Made by a program: the position numbers and the translations under genes
IMG/VR virus record: IMGVR_UViG_3300042311_000577
Span: 1-64,000 of that record
Strand: one strand, 5' to 3'
DNA: 64,000 nt
Source: a virus
Notes under the pieces: generated by a model
What the model saw: only the letters and a program-made list of their open reading frames with translations
Database searches by the model: none
What the model was told of the DNA's origin: nothing
Shown: piece after piece, positions 34,021 through 46,000 of the stretch
Layout: each line of letters begins with the position of its first letter
Position numbering within the stretch: position 1 is the stretch's first letter

Positions 34021-37000
34021 TTATTTGATTTTACCTGCATTTTCTAGACCTTCTATAGCTTTATCTACCTGACCACTAGACCCTGTAACACCAACTGTTT
34101 TAAGTAAATGTCCTATAACTTTTGGTCTACCTTTTTGCTCCCACCAGTACTCACCTTCTTTTCTACTATAGAATGCTTTTTCACTTCCTACAAGTAATCT
34201 ACCAAGATCTTGATAGATTTTTGCATATAGGCTTATTGTATTTCCAAATGCTGAAGTAGTTGTACTTGCCATTTTGATATAATCATCACCACCAAGATTT
34301 ACTCCAGCAAGTGACGGTAATGGTACAAATGCTGAGGTTTCCATTTGAGTACCCAAAAGTAAAAGTAGTGTATGATTTTGTATAAAACCAAAAGTTTTAA
34401 AGTCATCTGTACCTAAAGCTCCTGATCTCTCTCTCATTTTTTCAAACCTATCTTTATCATCAGGATCATAACCAAATACCATTGATGCTAACAAAGCAAA
34501 AGTTATAATTGCTAATGATTCACTTAATGCTCTTATCATATCAGCTTTTTGCTGCTCATCCATATAGGCCCAGTATTTACCTTTACTAGTAACTAATTCT
34601 TTCATGCCGAGATATGCATTAAGATAAAAACCTATAGTAGGTTTACCGGTCATCCAATCATATCTTTTTTGAAATTTAGGTTTCCAAAACTTACCATTTT
34701 CAATTTCAACTCTAGCTCCCCATCTGTTAGTAAGCATAGGAATAAACCATTTTCTCATGAAAGTAAACATTCTAAATGGTAGATATAAGTTACCTTCTGC
34801 TTGAGCAAAGTCATCATAAGCACCATATAATCTATGAGAGACACCTTGAAATTTATTTCTAAATTGTTTGAATTTTTCTGATTTAGCAATTATAATTTCT
34901 TGACCTGCTTCAAATTCTATAGCATTAACTACTTTATTTCTAGTTTTTAATTCTTCAACAGTGACACCATAAGTCTTTGCTATATCTTCTAAAGTTTCAC
35001 CTTGGATGTAGGTATGATAGATTGTTTTATTACTCCATGCCGGATCTACACCCGGTAATAACTCAGCTATTCCAGTATCCTTATTAAGTTGCCAAGCATC
35101 TTTATAATTAATTGTAATTGTTTTACCATTAGAAAGTTTTTGCTCTACTTTTTGACCATTAAGAAAGCCTCCGAAAAGTTGTAGTGTTGCCTCCATTTCT
35201 AAGTTCTTTCTAACACTCATCATCCACTCACCATTCATCATGTCTTTTACAAAGTTTCTAGAAACAGATCTACCAAAATCATCTTTGAATTTAAATGCTG
35301 AGTCAAACATTTCAATCAATTGTGATGATAATGCAGGAACACCTTTAGTGTAAATACTATTAGCAGACCATTCAAGCATACTTTGTGCAGCCCATATTCT
35401 AGCTTTAGCTAAATCTTTTACTGATACATTTTCTCCACCGGCAGCTTCAATCATGTTCTGTACTATCTGTCCATATCTGTTTTTTAAGTCAGAAGGAATA
35501 TTTATAGCAAGAGATGCTCTTGATGATATCTTTTGTATTAGACCAACAAATTTATCTAGATAGACAGAACTACCTTGACCACTATACTGTACACCATGAT
35601 ATTCTCTATCTATTAAAGATCTAATCTGACCAGCTCTATTATTAGCGGCTCCTTTTAATACACTTTGTACAAGCTTACCATTTATTTTCTTAATGTTCTT
35701 ACTATATGTATTAGGGTTCTTAGGTGCATTCTTAGGATCTTCCAATGTTTCTAGTATAGAGTTAACTAGAGGTAAAGATTGTAATAACTGACTTTGATTC
35801 TCTAATGAAAGCAAATACTTAAACATACCTCTAATAATATCAGGATCTGTATTATTAATTTCCATATTATAAGTACCAGTTACTGGGATATATGATATCT
35901 CCTCAGCATTTAAATCAGTATTTACTAATCTGTATTCTTCAAGATTATTATCTCTCTGATAGTTATGTTCATTTTCTACCTCATCTACAGATTCTGCAAA
36001 AGTATCTTTTAAATATTGAACAAATCCCGCTCCTATTTGAGATACTCTTTCTTTTGAATTACCACCTCTTATTCTTGATAAAGTGTCTCTGAGAACATAT
36101 CTAGGAACATCAAGATATAATTTAGAATTATTAGACTTATCTTCTTGAAATGATAAATGTGCTTCTTTAAGAAATTCTAATAATTTAAATCTAGGATCAT
36201 TAGGTTGATTCATTAATCTCAAGTAGTCTTGATTCATGAATTTACCACTTTTAGCAGAATTTTTTGTTCCCGGTTCATACATTCTTGGTAAAAACTGACC
36301 CTTATTATCAATATGAGTTCCTACTTCCAGTACTACTTCTTCTGTTGATGGATTATAACCAGTTCTATACTTATCTTTTATTCTATATATAGAATGCCTT
36401 GCATTAGGAACACCATTAAAAGTTTCTGTTTTACCAGTCATTTCATTATAGAGTTCTACTGTTTTGTAATACTCCGGATTTTTAGGAACAGAAATTGAAT
36501 TTACCATAGATCTTTCCCATTTGATTTCCATCTTACGGGTCTTTCTATTTTTTACCTTTCTATATACATGATTATTTTTAAACCATTCAGAAATTTTTGC
36601 ATCTTCAGCTAATAGGTTCTTCATTTCAGAACTATTAATAAAATCTGTAACAGTATCTGCTGTAACCGGTGCAACATCCAATCTTTGTAAATGCTCATTA
36701 AGAGAATCCACATAGTATTCAGTTGGTATCTTTTGTGTTAATGAAGATAACTCTGCGTATATAGCTTGAATACTACTTATTTCACCTATTGATAATCCTG
36801 ACTTGGCCTGTTTTTCTAGAAGATCTACATATCTTGATTTCTGATCTTTAGTTAATCTAGTTGGATCTTTTTTAATAGCGGCCATATAGATGTTTAACTC
36901 TTCAGTTTCCTCGGTAGAGAGGCCGGTTCTGGTATCAAATTTAGCTTTATAATCAATTATTTTTTGATTAAGCTCTTTGATTGTTTTTATTTTGTCTTCT

Positions 37001-40000
37001 CCTAAGTTTTCAGGAATAGGTTGACCTTGTTCATCTTTGTATGCATACATTAAATTAAATATATCATTATATGCATTAGCCATATCAAACTCTTCACCAA
37101 TTACATTAGTTATTTTTCCTTGTAACTCTTTTAGCTGTTTAATAAGATTTGTTCTGGATTCATAAAACTTCTCATCATAAGCTGTTTTAATATTTTGTTT
37201 AACCCAATCTTTTTTAGCCTGTTCTAATTCATCTCCAGTAACATTATTAGCATCTTGTAAAGATAGAAACTCATTAAATGATGTTTGTAGGGACCCTGTT
37301 CTTGGTAAAAATTCATAGAAATCTTTAGTAGAATCTCTATATTCTAGTAAAATATTGGTAATGCTAAGATCATAGATACCATTTTCTGGATCATCAACTT
37401 TTGAAGAACCATCTGCATATTTTAATGAGTATAGATTTTTATAATCTTCCCACAAAGCTTGAAGAGTTGAGTATTTCTGATATCTTTCTAACTCATCTGT
37501 AAGTTCATTTACTTCATTATTATAAGCATCAAGAGCCATTTTTCTAGCAAGCCAAGCCATTTTACCTACCTCACCGTATTTATCAAAAACATTATCCTTT
37601 TCATATACCTCAGGTACATAATCATTATGCATGTAATCTTTTTGAAACTGTCTATACTCATCAACTGCTTTCCGTATATCATCTTTATTTTCAGAAGACC
37701 ATGCTTTCTCCAGATTATATTCTAATAAAGATTGCTCATATCTCCAACCATTACCAAATTTATCTAAGAAAGAATTCACTTTTCTTTCTTTAGCTTCTTT
37801 TGTTTTAGGATCTATATATAATACACTATCTTCAAAAGTCATCATTTTTAATAACTTTCTAGGATCTAGAGTACTATAACCTACACTTTCTAATAAAGGA
37901 ACAAGCTTCCTTCTGAACATGTATGATTTTTCTAGGGCCCTGTTATTAGCTTCTGTTCTTTGGTTATTAATGAATATAGCTAATCCACCTACTATAGGAT
38001 CATTACTAGAAGTATATGACTCAAAGAATCTATTAAACCAACTAACATCTTTTAGTTTTCCAGAAAGACCATCCGTAATCACATCTTGATTAAGTAGAAA
38101 GTTATTATACTCATCAATAAATTTCTTAACATATTTTGCTTCAATCCCCTTTTTTTGAAGATTGTTATATACTTCATTAGCTACTTTAGGATCTAGCATT
38201 TTTTGAGAAATTGCCTTATCATATAAGTCTTTAACTTCAGTATCTGAAAGTTTATTAGTTAAAGCATTTTTAAGATTTTTACCCAGTTCTTCAGCTAAGA
38301 AATCATTCATATAACCAGTTACCTCTACATAGAAATTAACTGCATTTTCTTTATATATATCTCGTATTTTTTTATCAGCTCTTAATAAATTATTTTTTAC
38401 ATCATTAACAAAAGTTACTAGATCATTTTCTTTATCTATATCAAAGTCTTCTTCACTTCGGAGTAGTTCATCAAAGGATTCAAAGGTATCATTCCATGAC
38501 CGGATGCTATTTCTATATAGAAATAAAAGTGCTATTGCATCTCTAGAGTCATAACTATTTGTCTTTTGCAAAGTATCTAAATCCTTATACATGTTTTTAG
38601 ATATGTTATTAATAACAGATAAAGTATTAATAAAACTTCTAGACTTATTAGTTAAGTCAGTAATTCTTCTTTCCTCAGCATCAATAACATTATCCAATAC
38701 CTCATCAACAGACATGTTTTTAGTATTGGTTACTGTTTGATAATCACTTAAGCTTCTTAAAACTCTTGGTAATAATTCATTAGACCCTTTTTGAAATAAT
38801 GCTTCTTTAAGCATTTTTTGATACATTGGTGATCTTGTTCTAAAGTTTCTAGCTTTTTCATTTATTAATCTACTTGCAGCAAAAACATTATTTAAAGATT
38901 CCTGTATTTTATCTCCTTGTACATCTTTAGTAAGTTGAACAGCCATTTGTTTATAGTCCCTGAGAAAACCTAGTAAGTCATCATTGGTTATTTTCCCATT
39001 TTCAAACTCAAAAGTTTCATCCAAAAACATATCAGCCAATTCATCAATAGTAGTATCTACATCTAGTTTGCTTAGTTTTTTTCCGCCAAATATTTTTTTA
39101 AGTATATCCTTTAAAGCCAATAATAATTTATTCATAAATGATTTAAAATCACTTGTTTCAAAATCATCAGTGACTTTAGTTACTGCTTTTGCTTGTAATG
39201 CATAAACAAGAGCTTCCTCTTTAAATAAATAATCACCTTCTGACAACTCAGGATATTCATTTATCAAATGATTTTTTATTATTTTCCCTTCTTCAGTAGT
39301 CATTAATAATGAATAAAGATTTTCAAATAAGTCTTTATTTTCATTATAAAGTGCTCTCAAAAATGGATGAGCAAACTCATGGAGTACAGTATCAAAATTG
39401 ACATTATCTCCAACAACATAAACAGTTTTTCCAAAATAAAACGCAGGTTCACCTCTATATTGTTTTTTTCTTATACTTAGTATTTTTGTAGCTTCATCAG
39501 CTGTAATATTTATAAAACCTACATTTAATTTTTCTGACATTTTTTTAGCAAGACCTATAGCAGCTTCTTTTGCTCTTGCATTTCTTATAGTAGCTTCATC
39601 AATATTTTTTTCTATTCTGCTACTATAATCCATCATTGGCTTTGTTGCACTATCTTGATTGATTGGTGATACATATCCAGATTGTCTCATAAACATAGGA
39701 TCCAAACTTTCATCTTCAGGAAATACTGAATCAGGTTCATTTAGAATATCATAGTCTTGTAATTCCTCCTTTATATCAGCCCGCATTCTTTCATCATCCA
39801 GTACTTCAAATAAAGCATCATTAGGTTGTATATATAATTTTGAAGCTACATCATCTCTCCAATATCTAGAAGAATAAGGATATGAAGTTTCAATTTCATA
39901 TGGTGTATCAAAAAAATAATCACCGGCTCCAAGTTTAATATTTGGATATGTCAATTCTATAAATCTTGTAAATTCTTTATTGAATTTATCAAACTCAGCT

Positions 40001-40083
40001 TTATCTAAGATCTCATTATATTGACCAATTATACCTTTTTTTCTTAAGTCTTCTAGTACAGTGGATTTAGATTCACAAAACAT
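34021..40083 (-). CDS. giant virion/ejection protein with zincin-like motif and LysM domain
   Basis: HEFAH with downstream EE; LysM YIQGETLEDIAKTYGVTVEELKTRN; hydrophobic segments near the C-terminus; adjacent to the RNAP gene. Confidence 0.8.
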   Translation of the reverse strand: MFCESKSTVLEDLRKKGIIGQYNEILDKAEFDKFNKEFTRFIELTYPNIKLGAGDYFFDTPYEIETSYPYSSRYWRDDVASKLYIQPNDALFEVLDDERMRADIKEELQDYDILNEPDSVFPEDESLDPMFMRQSGYVSPINQDSATKPMMDYSSRIEKNIDEATIRNARAKEAAIGLAKKMSEKLNVGFINITADEATKILSIRKKQYRGEPAFYFGKTVYVVGDNVNFDTVLHEFAHPFLRALYNENKDLFENLYSLLMTTEEGKIIKNHLINEYPELSEGDYLFKEEALVYALQAKAVTKVTDDFETSDFKSFMNKLLLALKDILKKIFGGKKLSKLDVDTTIDELADMFLDETFEFENGKITNDDLLGFLRDYKQMAVQLTKDVQGDKIQESLNNVFAASRLINEKARNFRTRSPMYQKMLKEALFQKGSNELLPRVLRSLSDYQTVTNTKNMSVDEVLDNVIDAEERRITDLTNKSRSFINTLSVINNISKNMYKDLDTLQKTNSYDSRDAIALLFLYRNSIRSWNDTFESFDELLRSEEDFDIDKENDLVTFVNDVKNNLLRADKKIRDIYKENAVNFYVEVTGYMNDFLAEELGKNLKNALTNKLSDTEVKDLYDKAISQKMLDPKVANEVYNNLQKKGIEAKYVKKFIDEYNNFLLNQDVITDGLSGKLKDVSWFNRFFESYTSSNDPIVGGLAIFINNQRTEANNRALEKSYMFRRKLVPLLESVGYSTLDPRKLLKMMTFEDSVLYIDPKTKEAKERKVNSFLDKFGNGWRYEQSLLEYNLEKAWSSENKDDIRKAVDEYRQFQKDYMHNDYVPEVYEKDNVFDKYGEVGKMAWLARKMALDAYNNEVNELTDELERYQKYSTLQALWEDYKNLYSLKYADGSSKVDDPENGIYDLSITNILLEYRDSTKDFYEFLPRTGSLQTSFNEFLSLQDANNVTGDELEQAKKDWVKQNIKTAYDEKFYESRTNLIKQLKELQGKITNVIGEEFDMANAYNDIFNLMYAYKDEQGQPIPENLGEDKIKTIKELNQKIIDYKAKFDTRTGLSTEETEELNIYMAAIKKDPTRLTKDQKSRYVDLLEKQAKSGLSIGEISSIQAIYAELSSLTQKIPTEYYVDSLNEHLQRLDVAPVTADTVTDFINSSEMKNLLAEDAKISEWFKNNHVYRKVKNRKTRKMEIKWERSMVNSISVPKNPEYYKTVELYNEMTGKTETFNGVPNARHSIYRIKDKYRTGYNPSTEEVVLEVGTHIDNKGQFLPRMYEPGTKNSAKSGKFMNQDYLRLMNQPNDPRFKLLEFLKEAHLSFQEDKSNNSKLYLDVPRYVLRDTLSRIRGGNSKERVSQIGAGFVQYLKDTFAESVDEVENEHNYQRDNNLEEYRLVNTDLNAEEISYIPVTGTYNMEINNTDPDIIRGMFKYLLSLENQSQLLQSLPLVNSILETLEDPKNAPKNPNTYSKNIKKINGKLVQSVLKGAANNRAGQIRSLIDREYHGVQYSGQGSSVYLDKFVGLIQKISSRASLAINIPSDLKNRYGQIVQNMIEAAGGENVSVKDLAKARIWAAQSMLEWSANSIYTKGVPALSSQLIEMFDSAFKFKDDFGRSVSRNFVKDMMNGEWMMSVRKNLEMEATLQLFGGFLNGQKVEQKLSNGKTITINYKDAWQLNKDTGIAELLPGVDPAWSNKTIYHTYIQGETLEDIAKTYGVTVEELKTRNKVVNAIEFEAGQEIIIAKSEKFKQFRNKFQGVSHRLYGAYDDFAQAEGNLYLPFRMFTFMRKWFIPMLTNRWGARVEIENGKFWKPKFQKRYDWMTGKPTIGFYLNAYLGMKELVTSKGKYWAYMDEQQKADMIRALSESLAIITFALLASMVFGYDPDDKDRFEKMRERSGALGTDDFKTFGFIQNHTLLLLLGTQMETSAFVPLPSLAGVNLGGDDYIKMASTTTSAFGNTISLYAKIYQDLGRLLVGSEKAFYSRKEGEYWWEQKGRPKVIGHLLKTVGVTGSSGQVDKAIEGLENAGKIK

Positions 40084-43000
40084 TATATACAGTTTAATGG
40101 GTTATTTTCTCCTTCAAATTTAGCTAAAATTTCCGCATCTGTAATTGGTTGATATTTAGCAACTTGAGAACTAACTTCTTTACTAAACTCTGAACCAGGA
40201 TTCAGATACTGAAATTCTTCAAATAATCTCTTACTTAAATATACAAATAATTCTTGAGGCATCAAAGAAGGATCACCATAACCATTAATAGAAAATGCAA
40301 CATTACCACCATCTTGAATAACTTGATTGATTTCAGCAATAGCTTTTTCAATCTCATTTTGTAGAGCTTTGTAGTATTTAGGATCTGTTTTACTAAAAGC
40401 ATCATCAATATTATTTTGACCAGTTATTATACCTATAGAAGCACTATTAGCAAGTTTTTTCAATTGTACTTGTCCAGTTAGTTTTTTAGAATTAAATTCT
40501 TTCTCTGTAAGTTTTTCAAAATTTTGTCTTTGCCCAAGACTAAATTGATATACAAAAGTTACATCCGGATTATTATCTACAATATACTTATATGCTTTTT
40601 CAGTTCCTGAAAGATCATTATAAACAAATACCTTTGGATTGATAGTAGAGATAAGATTTTTCCTTTCTACCAAGTTTTCTGAAGCTGGTTTAGAAAGTTC
40701 ATTTTGTTCTTCTGCTAATTGATAATAAATAAATGCCGGATCAGATTTAATACTACGGTTAATAGGATTTAGATTTATATAATCTTTTTGATCTTTTTCT
40801 CTTCGGAACCATCTTTCTTTATCATCTAAAGGTGATAAAGTAGATTTACCTCTGTAAATATCATTCCAAGAACTGAATATATTTATTATATTTTCATTTG
40901 GTTTTGAATTTTCATATGTGAAAAAGTCAACTGGTATTACAGTATCTGCTGTAATATCAACTTTATTTCCTTTTGAATCTTTTACTATAACAGCTCCTTT
41001 CAAAGCCCATCCTTGTTTATTTCTAGCAGTTACTTCTACAGTATATCCAGGTTTAGGTATATAATAAGCATAAGTTGTGTATGCAGTCTTTGACCAACCA
41101 AAATGTACTGGTACGGCATTTAATAAATTAAGAGCTTCTTCTAAATTTTCTAAATTTTGCTGATTTGTACCATCAACAATAAAATCAAGATCATGAATAG
41201 GCTCCTCGCTTGGTCTATATATAACTTCACCTTGACCTGCTATTGCTAATGAACCTACAAGAGGAAACTTAAGATCTTTAGCAAAAGTATCAATAATCTT
41301 TTTAGCTAGAGGGTTATTTTTAATAGCCTCGTCATAGTTTAATTTTGGTCTTTTTTCAGTTATATCTGCTATGTATTCTGTATTACCAGCAAGTACATTC
41401 AGTGCAATATGGTCTGCAATTCTTGCATTATAATTCATAGTTTGAAATAATGCAAAGTTTTTAAACATCTTAAGTATTAAATCTTCAATAGCTTTTATTA
41501 AAGTTTTAATAAGTGATTTGTCTAATCCAGCAGCTTCATAGTTTGATACAAGAGATTTGGATATTAATTTACCCATTGCTTCAATCTTAACTTGCTCTTC
41601 ATTTTTATATAAAGGCATATATTCTGCATATACAGAATCATACTCATCCCAAGTTGTAATATTTCTTGATAATTGTTTAATTGCCTTATGATTAGGGCCC
41701 ATTAACATCACAAGCATATGACCTACTTCTTCAGGTATAGTCTCTGCATTTCTATCTTTTGTATACCAGATAAGTTTATTAAGCACATCAGTTGCACCTA
41801 AAGCATCAACTCCTAATTTATCTTTTAGTGTTTCAAACTCTTTGCTTTGTACACCAAATTGTTTTACAAACTTCAATAAGTAATCATCTAATTCCTTAAT
41901 AGCTTTACTAGCATTTCTAGCATCTTTTAATTGGAACATTGGTTCTTCTAATTGATCACCTGTTTCATCAGATTCTGTTGGAGGTAATGGTAAAACTTCA
42001 TTTGAATTAAGACTCTTATCTACATTTAATCCAGTAAGATAATTTTTAAATCTGTATCTGTCTCTGTTTGCTTGACTATTAGTTTTTTCAAACTTATTTT
42101 TAAAATCAACTAGCAATTGAATCTTGTTAGGTGAAGTTAAAAACTTAGCAGTTTCCTGATTCATAATTTCTAAGAACTTATCAAAATCAGTTATGTTTAT
42201 CATGTTATACTTACTCTTATTTGTACCAGATTGCATCATTGCAACATAAGTAATATTAGAGAAGAAATCACTGATTCTATCATTCTCAGTTTTGTCTTTT
42301 ACTTTAATAACATTTCTATCTCCTAGATCCTTTAAGTTCTGTGTATAAGTGTTAGACTTAAAGGAGTTCATATCTTTGTCATCTAGGTAGAAATTAAACA
42401 TTGTTTTGTTGTTATTGATATCCGGGATCATTCTAGATAGTACAGGATAGTCACCTACAAAATCATTTTTATACATAGTTTTTATTCTATCAAGTCTTAT
42501 AGAATAAGCTTGATCATTATCATAGAATAAGTGATATGGATTTAATGTATTATCTAGGGCTCTTGAAGTTAAGATTTTCTCATAAGTATATCTTCTGTTT
42601 TTTGATTCATCTGATATAACACTAGTCTTTTTAGTATTTATAAGTTCTTTTTTGAATTCTTGACTTTTAACTATCTCAGCCATTGGCATAACATGTCTAA
42701 GATATTCTCTCTCAATTACAAACCGTAGATACTCTTCTTTATTTGATGGAGTATTTTTACCAAAATGTCCTGGTTTAAGTGGGAATAAACCACGAGACTC
42801 ATAGCTGTTTTGAGCTTCTGATCCTTCCAAGTAAGCTTTATCAAAGAATTCTTTTTCAATTTGTACTTTATCTACTACTACTGTAGGTACACCTTTTTCT
42901 TCAGTAACAAATGCACCAAACTTAAGACCTGCAGCAGGAGTTACTGAAATAGAATCTTTTAAATTATATGAACTATATTCTTTATCAAGACTATACTTTC

Positions 43001-46000
43001 TTACAGCATTTTGAAATAAATAACTTAAAATATCATTTCTAAATACTATAGGAAACTTTTCTCTATACATTTTACCAAATACAGTTTTTAAAGCTGCCGT
43101 ATTAGTAAAATCAGATAAATAATTTTGTATATAATCTTGTATGTCTTCATCATATCTAAACTTAAACAATGGTTTAGCTAAGCCTTTTACCATTTTTGTA
43201 TTAAAGAATGAACTAATGATAGAGTCATATAGCATTCCGGTTCTTAAATCCGGATCTATTTTTGTTTCTGCTGCTAATTCATCTATGTCAGATTCAGCTT
43301 GAATTACTTGACCTATATCAGTATCAAGAGCTGTATCTGGATTAGCTGCCATCTTAAGTCTGGTAATACCTTCAATTTGTTTTTCAATAGTAAGATAATG
43401 TAAGAACATTGTTCTAGATAGAGAGCTCATTGCTTTTTCAGGATTATCTTTACTATCCTTGATTAAGTTAAGCATTTCTTCTTCTGTAAAATGTCTATCA
43501 CCCCCTTCTCTCTCATTAGCATCAAAATAAATATTAAGCATTTTTTCACCAGCCGTATATCTAGATAAATCATCCGGAAGCATTTTATCAAAGTTTCTAG
43601 CTATAACATTTGTTGCTGCTTTGAAAGCTACACCAATGTCTTTTGCAGATTTTCTTAAAGGTTCAGCAAAAGTACTATTAATCAATCTTCTTTCTTTAAC
43701 ATACTGTCTTACAAGTGGTTGAGATACAAAATATATTGCTTCTTTTACAGGAACACCAGTCTTAAGTAAGTAAAGAAGTATAGGTGCAACTTCATAGTTA
43801 CCTTGAACAAAGAATACCCAAGCATCTTTTTCAACATCTACCCATCCATTCATTAATTGAGATATAATATCAGCTACTTTATTATTACCATCTACATCAT
43901 AAATGTTAGAAATAGATATAACATCTTCACCATTTTTAGTAGTTTTATGATGTCTTAATCCTAAGAATGATTTTCTAAATTCTTTTTCATTTGAATGCAT
44001 ATACACCGCTGGCATAACAGCACCCAATGAGTTAAAGATAACATTGAATGTATTTTCAATAGCTCCAAGTCCTAATGTTCTCTTACCAACTACATTTGAC
44101 TCATGTTTGTATAAGTTGTAGCCAGCCTCAAATATTCTTGTAGGACTAATAACTTCTTTTTGTTTACCATTTTTATCTGGAGCACTTAAATTTGGAGTAT
44201 CAGACATTATATTTTGTAAAGGATTATAATCCATTACATATTCAGCTAATTTATCTGCTATAGGTTTAACCAAGTAAGTACCATTAGGAGTAATAAGTGA
44301 AACAAAATTCTGTGGTAATTCAAGAATACTTCTAATATCATTAATAAGTTCATTCTCAAGACCTGCTTTTTGTGCAGCATATATCTCTTCTTTAGTCATA
44401 TCATACTTAGAAGGATCCTTTAATGCTTCATAAAAATCTTCAGATTTTTCAAACATTGATTTTTTGATATTACCCTCAGGATCAATACTTGTCATAAAGA
44501 TTGATAACTTATCAATATCAAAGTCAGCTCCGGACTTAGCAACAATTTCTGGTGGAGGAATAATAATATTACCAGCTTGTGGTGGAAGGAAGTGGTATAC
44601 TTCCATGAACTCCATAGAGTTAAGACCTTGTACTGGAATCCTAACACCGACCATTGTTATTGCCTTTCTATTACTAGCATCATTATCATTTAACCATTCA
44701 TCATCTTTTATAGCTTCATTTAGTCTATCCAAAGTAGAGATAGGTTCACCTTTATATTCTAGATTAAGCAAATTCTCATAATCTCCCTGAAGTGAAATAG
44801 CAACTTTCATTGCTGTTGTTTTACCATCAGCTCCTTTATGATATGTAGGTAAGAAGTTTGAACCCATGTACTTCTTGACAGCAGCATCTCTTGCTGCAGG
44901 ATTCATTTTATCAAGATCTAATTCTAAATTAATTAATCCATCATAGAATCCTGAAGACTTTTGCACTAAAGGTTCTCCTTTTACTTTTTGTTTAATGATT
45001 CTTTTATTAATAACTGATAATAAAAGTTTTTCAATTTTAGCAGCTTCAGGATGTAAAGACAAATCAAATCTTAATTCACCTTCTTCAGTTACATCAATAA
45101 TATCAATTAACTTATCACTATAAACATCATCTCTAGTGAGAGTGTCTCTGATCATTTTAGCTAATTTGGCAATACTATCTTTATCAACCGGAATGTATTC
45201 ACCAGCTTCATTAACTTTAAAACCAAGTTCATCCGTAAGTTCATTTTTAAGTAACTCAGTATATGCACTTACTCTATCTACATAATTATTAACAAGTGCT
45301 ATAACTTTAGGATCCTTAGATGTAATCTCACCATTTTCATATAACCCTTCTAAAATCATCTTTCTCATCTGAGTAGAGAATATTGATTTTTCTTTGTATT
45401 TTGAATTTACTTCAGTTTGGTTCTTTAAAAATTCCGCAAAGACTACATTCTTAGTAAATTCAACTGAAGTATCTATATTACCATTTTTATCAATAATCTC
45501 ATCACCGTTACCTATGTGTCCAACTTTTTCACCAGTTTCCATTAAAACATAATGTACATTTTGCTTAAGCATCATGTCATGTATCTGACCTAATTTAGTA
45601 TCAGCAGTATGTACTGTTGGGATTATTGGAGCTAATGAAAATTTATGAAAAGATACAACAGGAAGACCTTCTGTTTTTATATTACCATAGTACTGTAATT
45701 TATATGGTGGAAAGAATTGTTGAATATCTGATCCACTAATAATATCACCCTTTACAATTTTTCTATATAGATCTTCTTGTTGAGCTGACCAATTACCTTC
45801 TAAATTTTTAAGCATTCTATATGCTTCAAAGTTAATCCATCCTTGACCATCAGCAATTTTCATATTACTATAGTCTTTTAATACAGTTTCTGAAAGTTCT
45901 TTTGCTAATCTTGTAGCTTCTTTTTTAGATTTACCCGCTGCAATATATCTTTTTGTATAATCTTCAATTAAAGCTTCAGAATATTCCGGTTTATATTTTG

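Noticed and set aside
38431-38448. Second DFDIDK string, in the 2020-aa protein
   Set aside because: It lies in an acidic helical context (SEEDFDIDKEN) without the upstream R.P and GAD elements of the RNAP catalytic loop; probably coincidental
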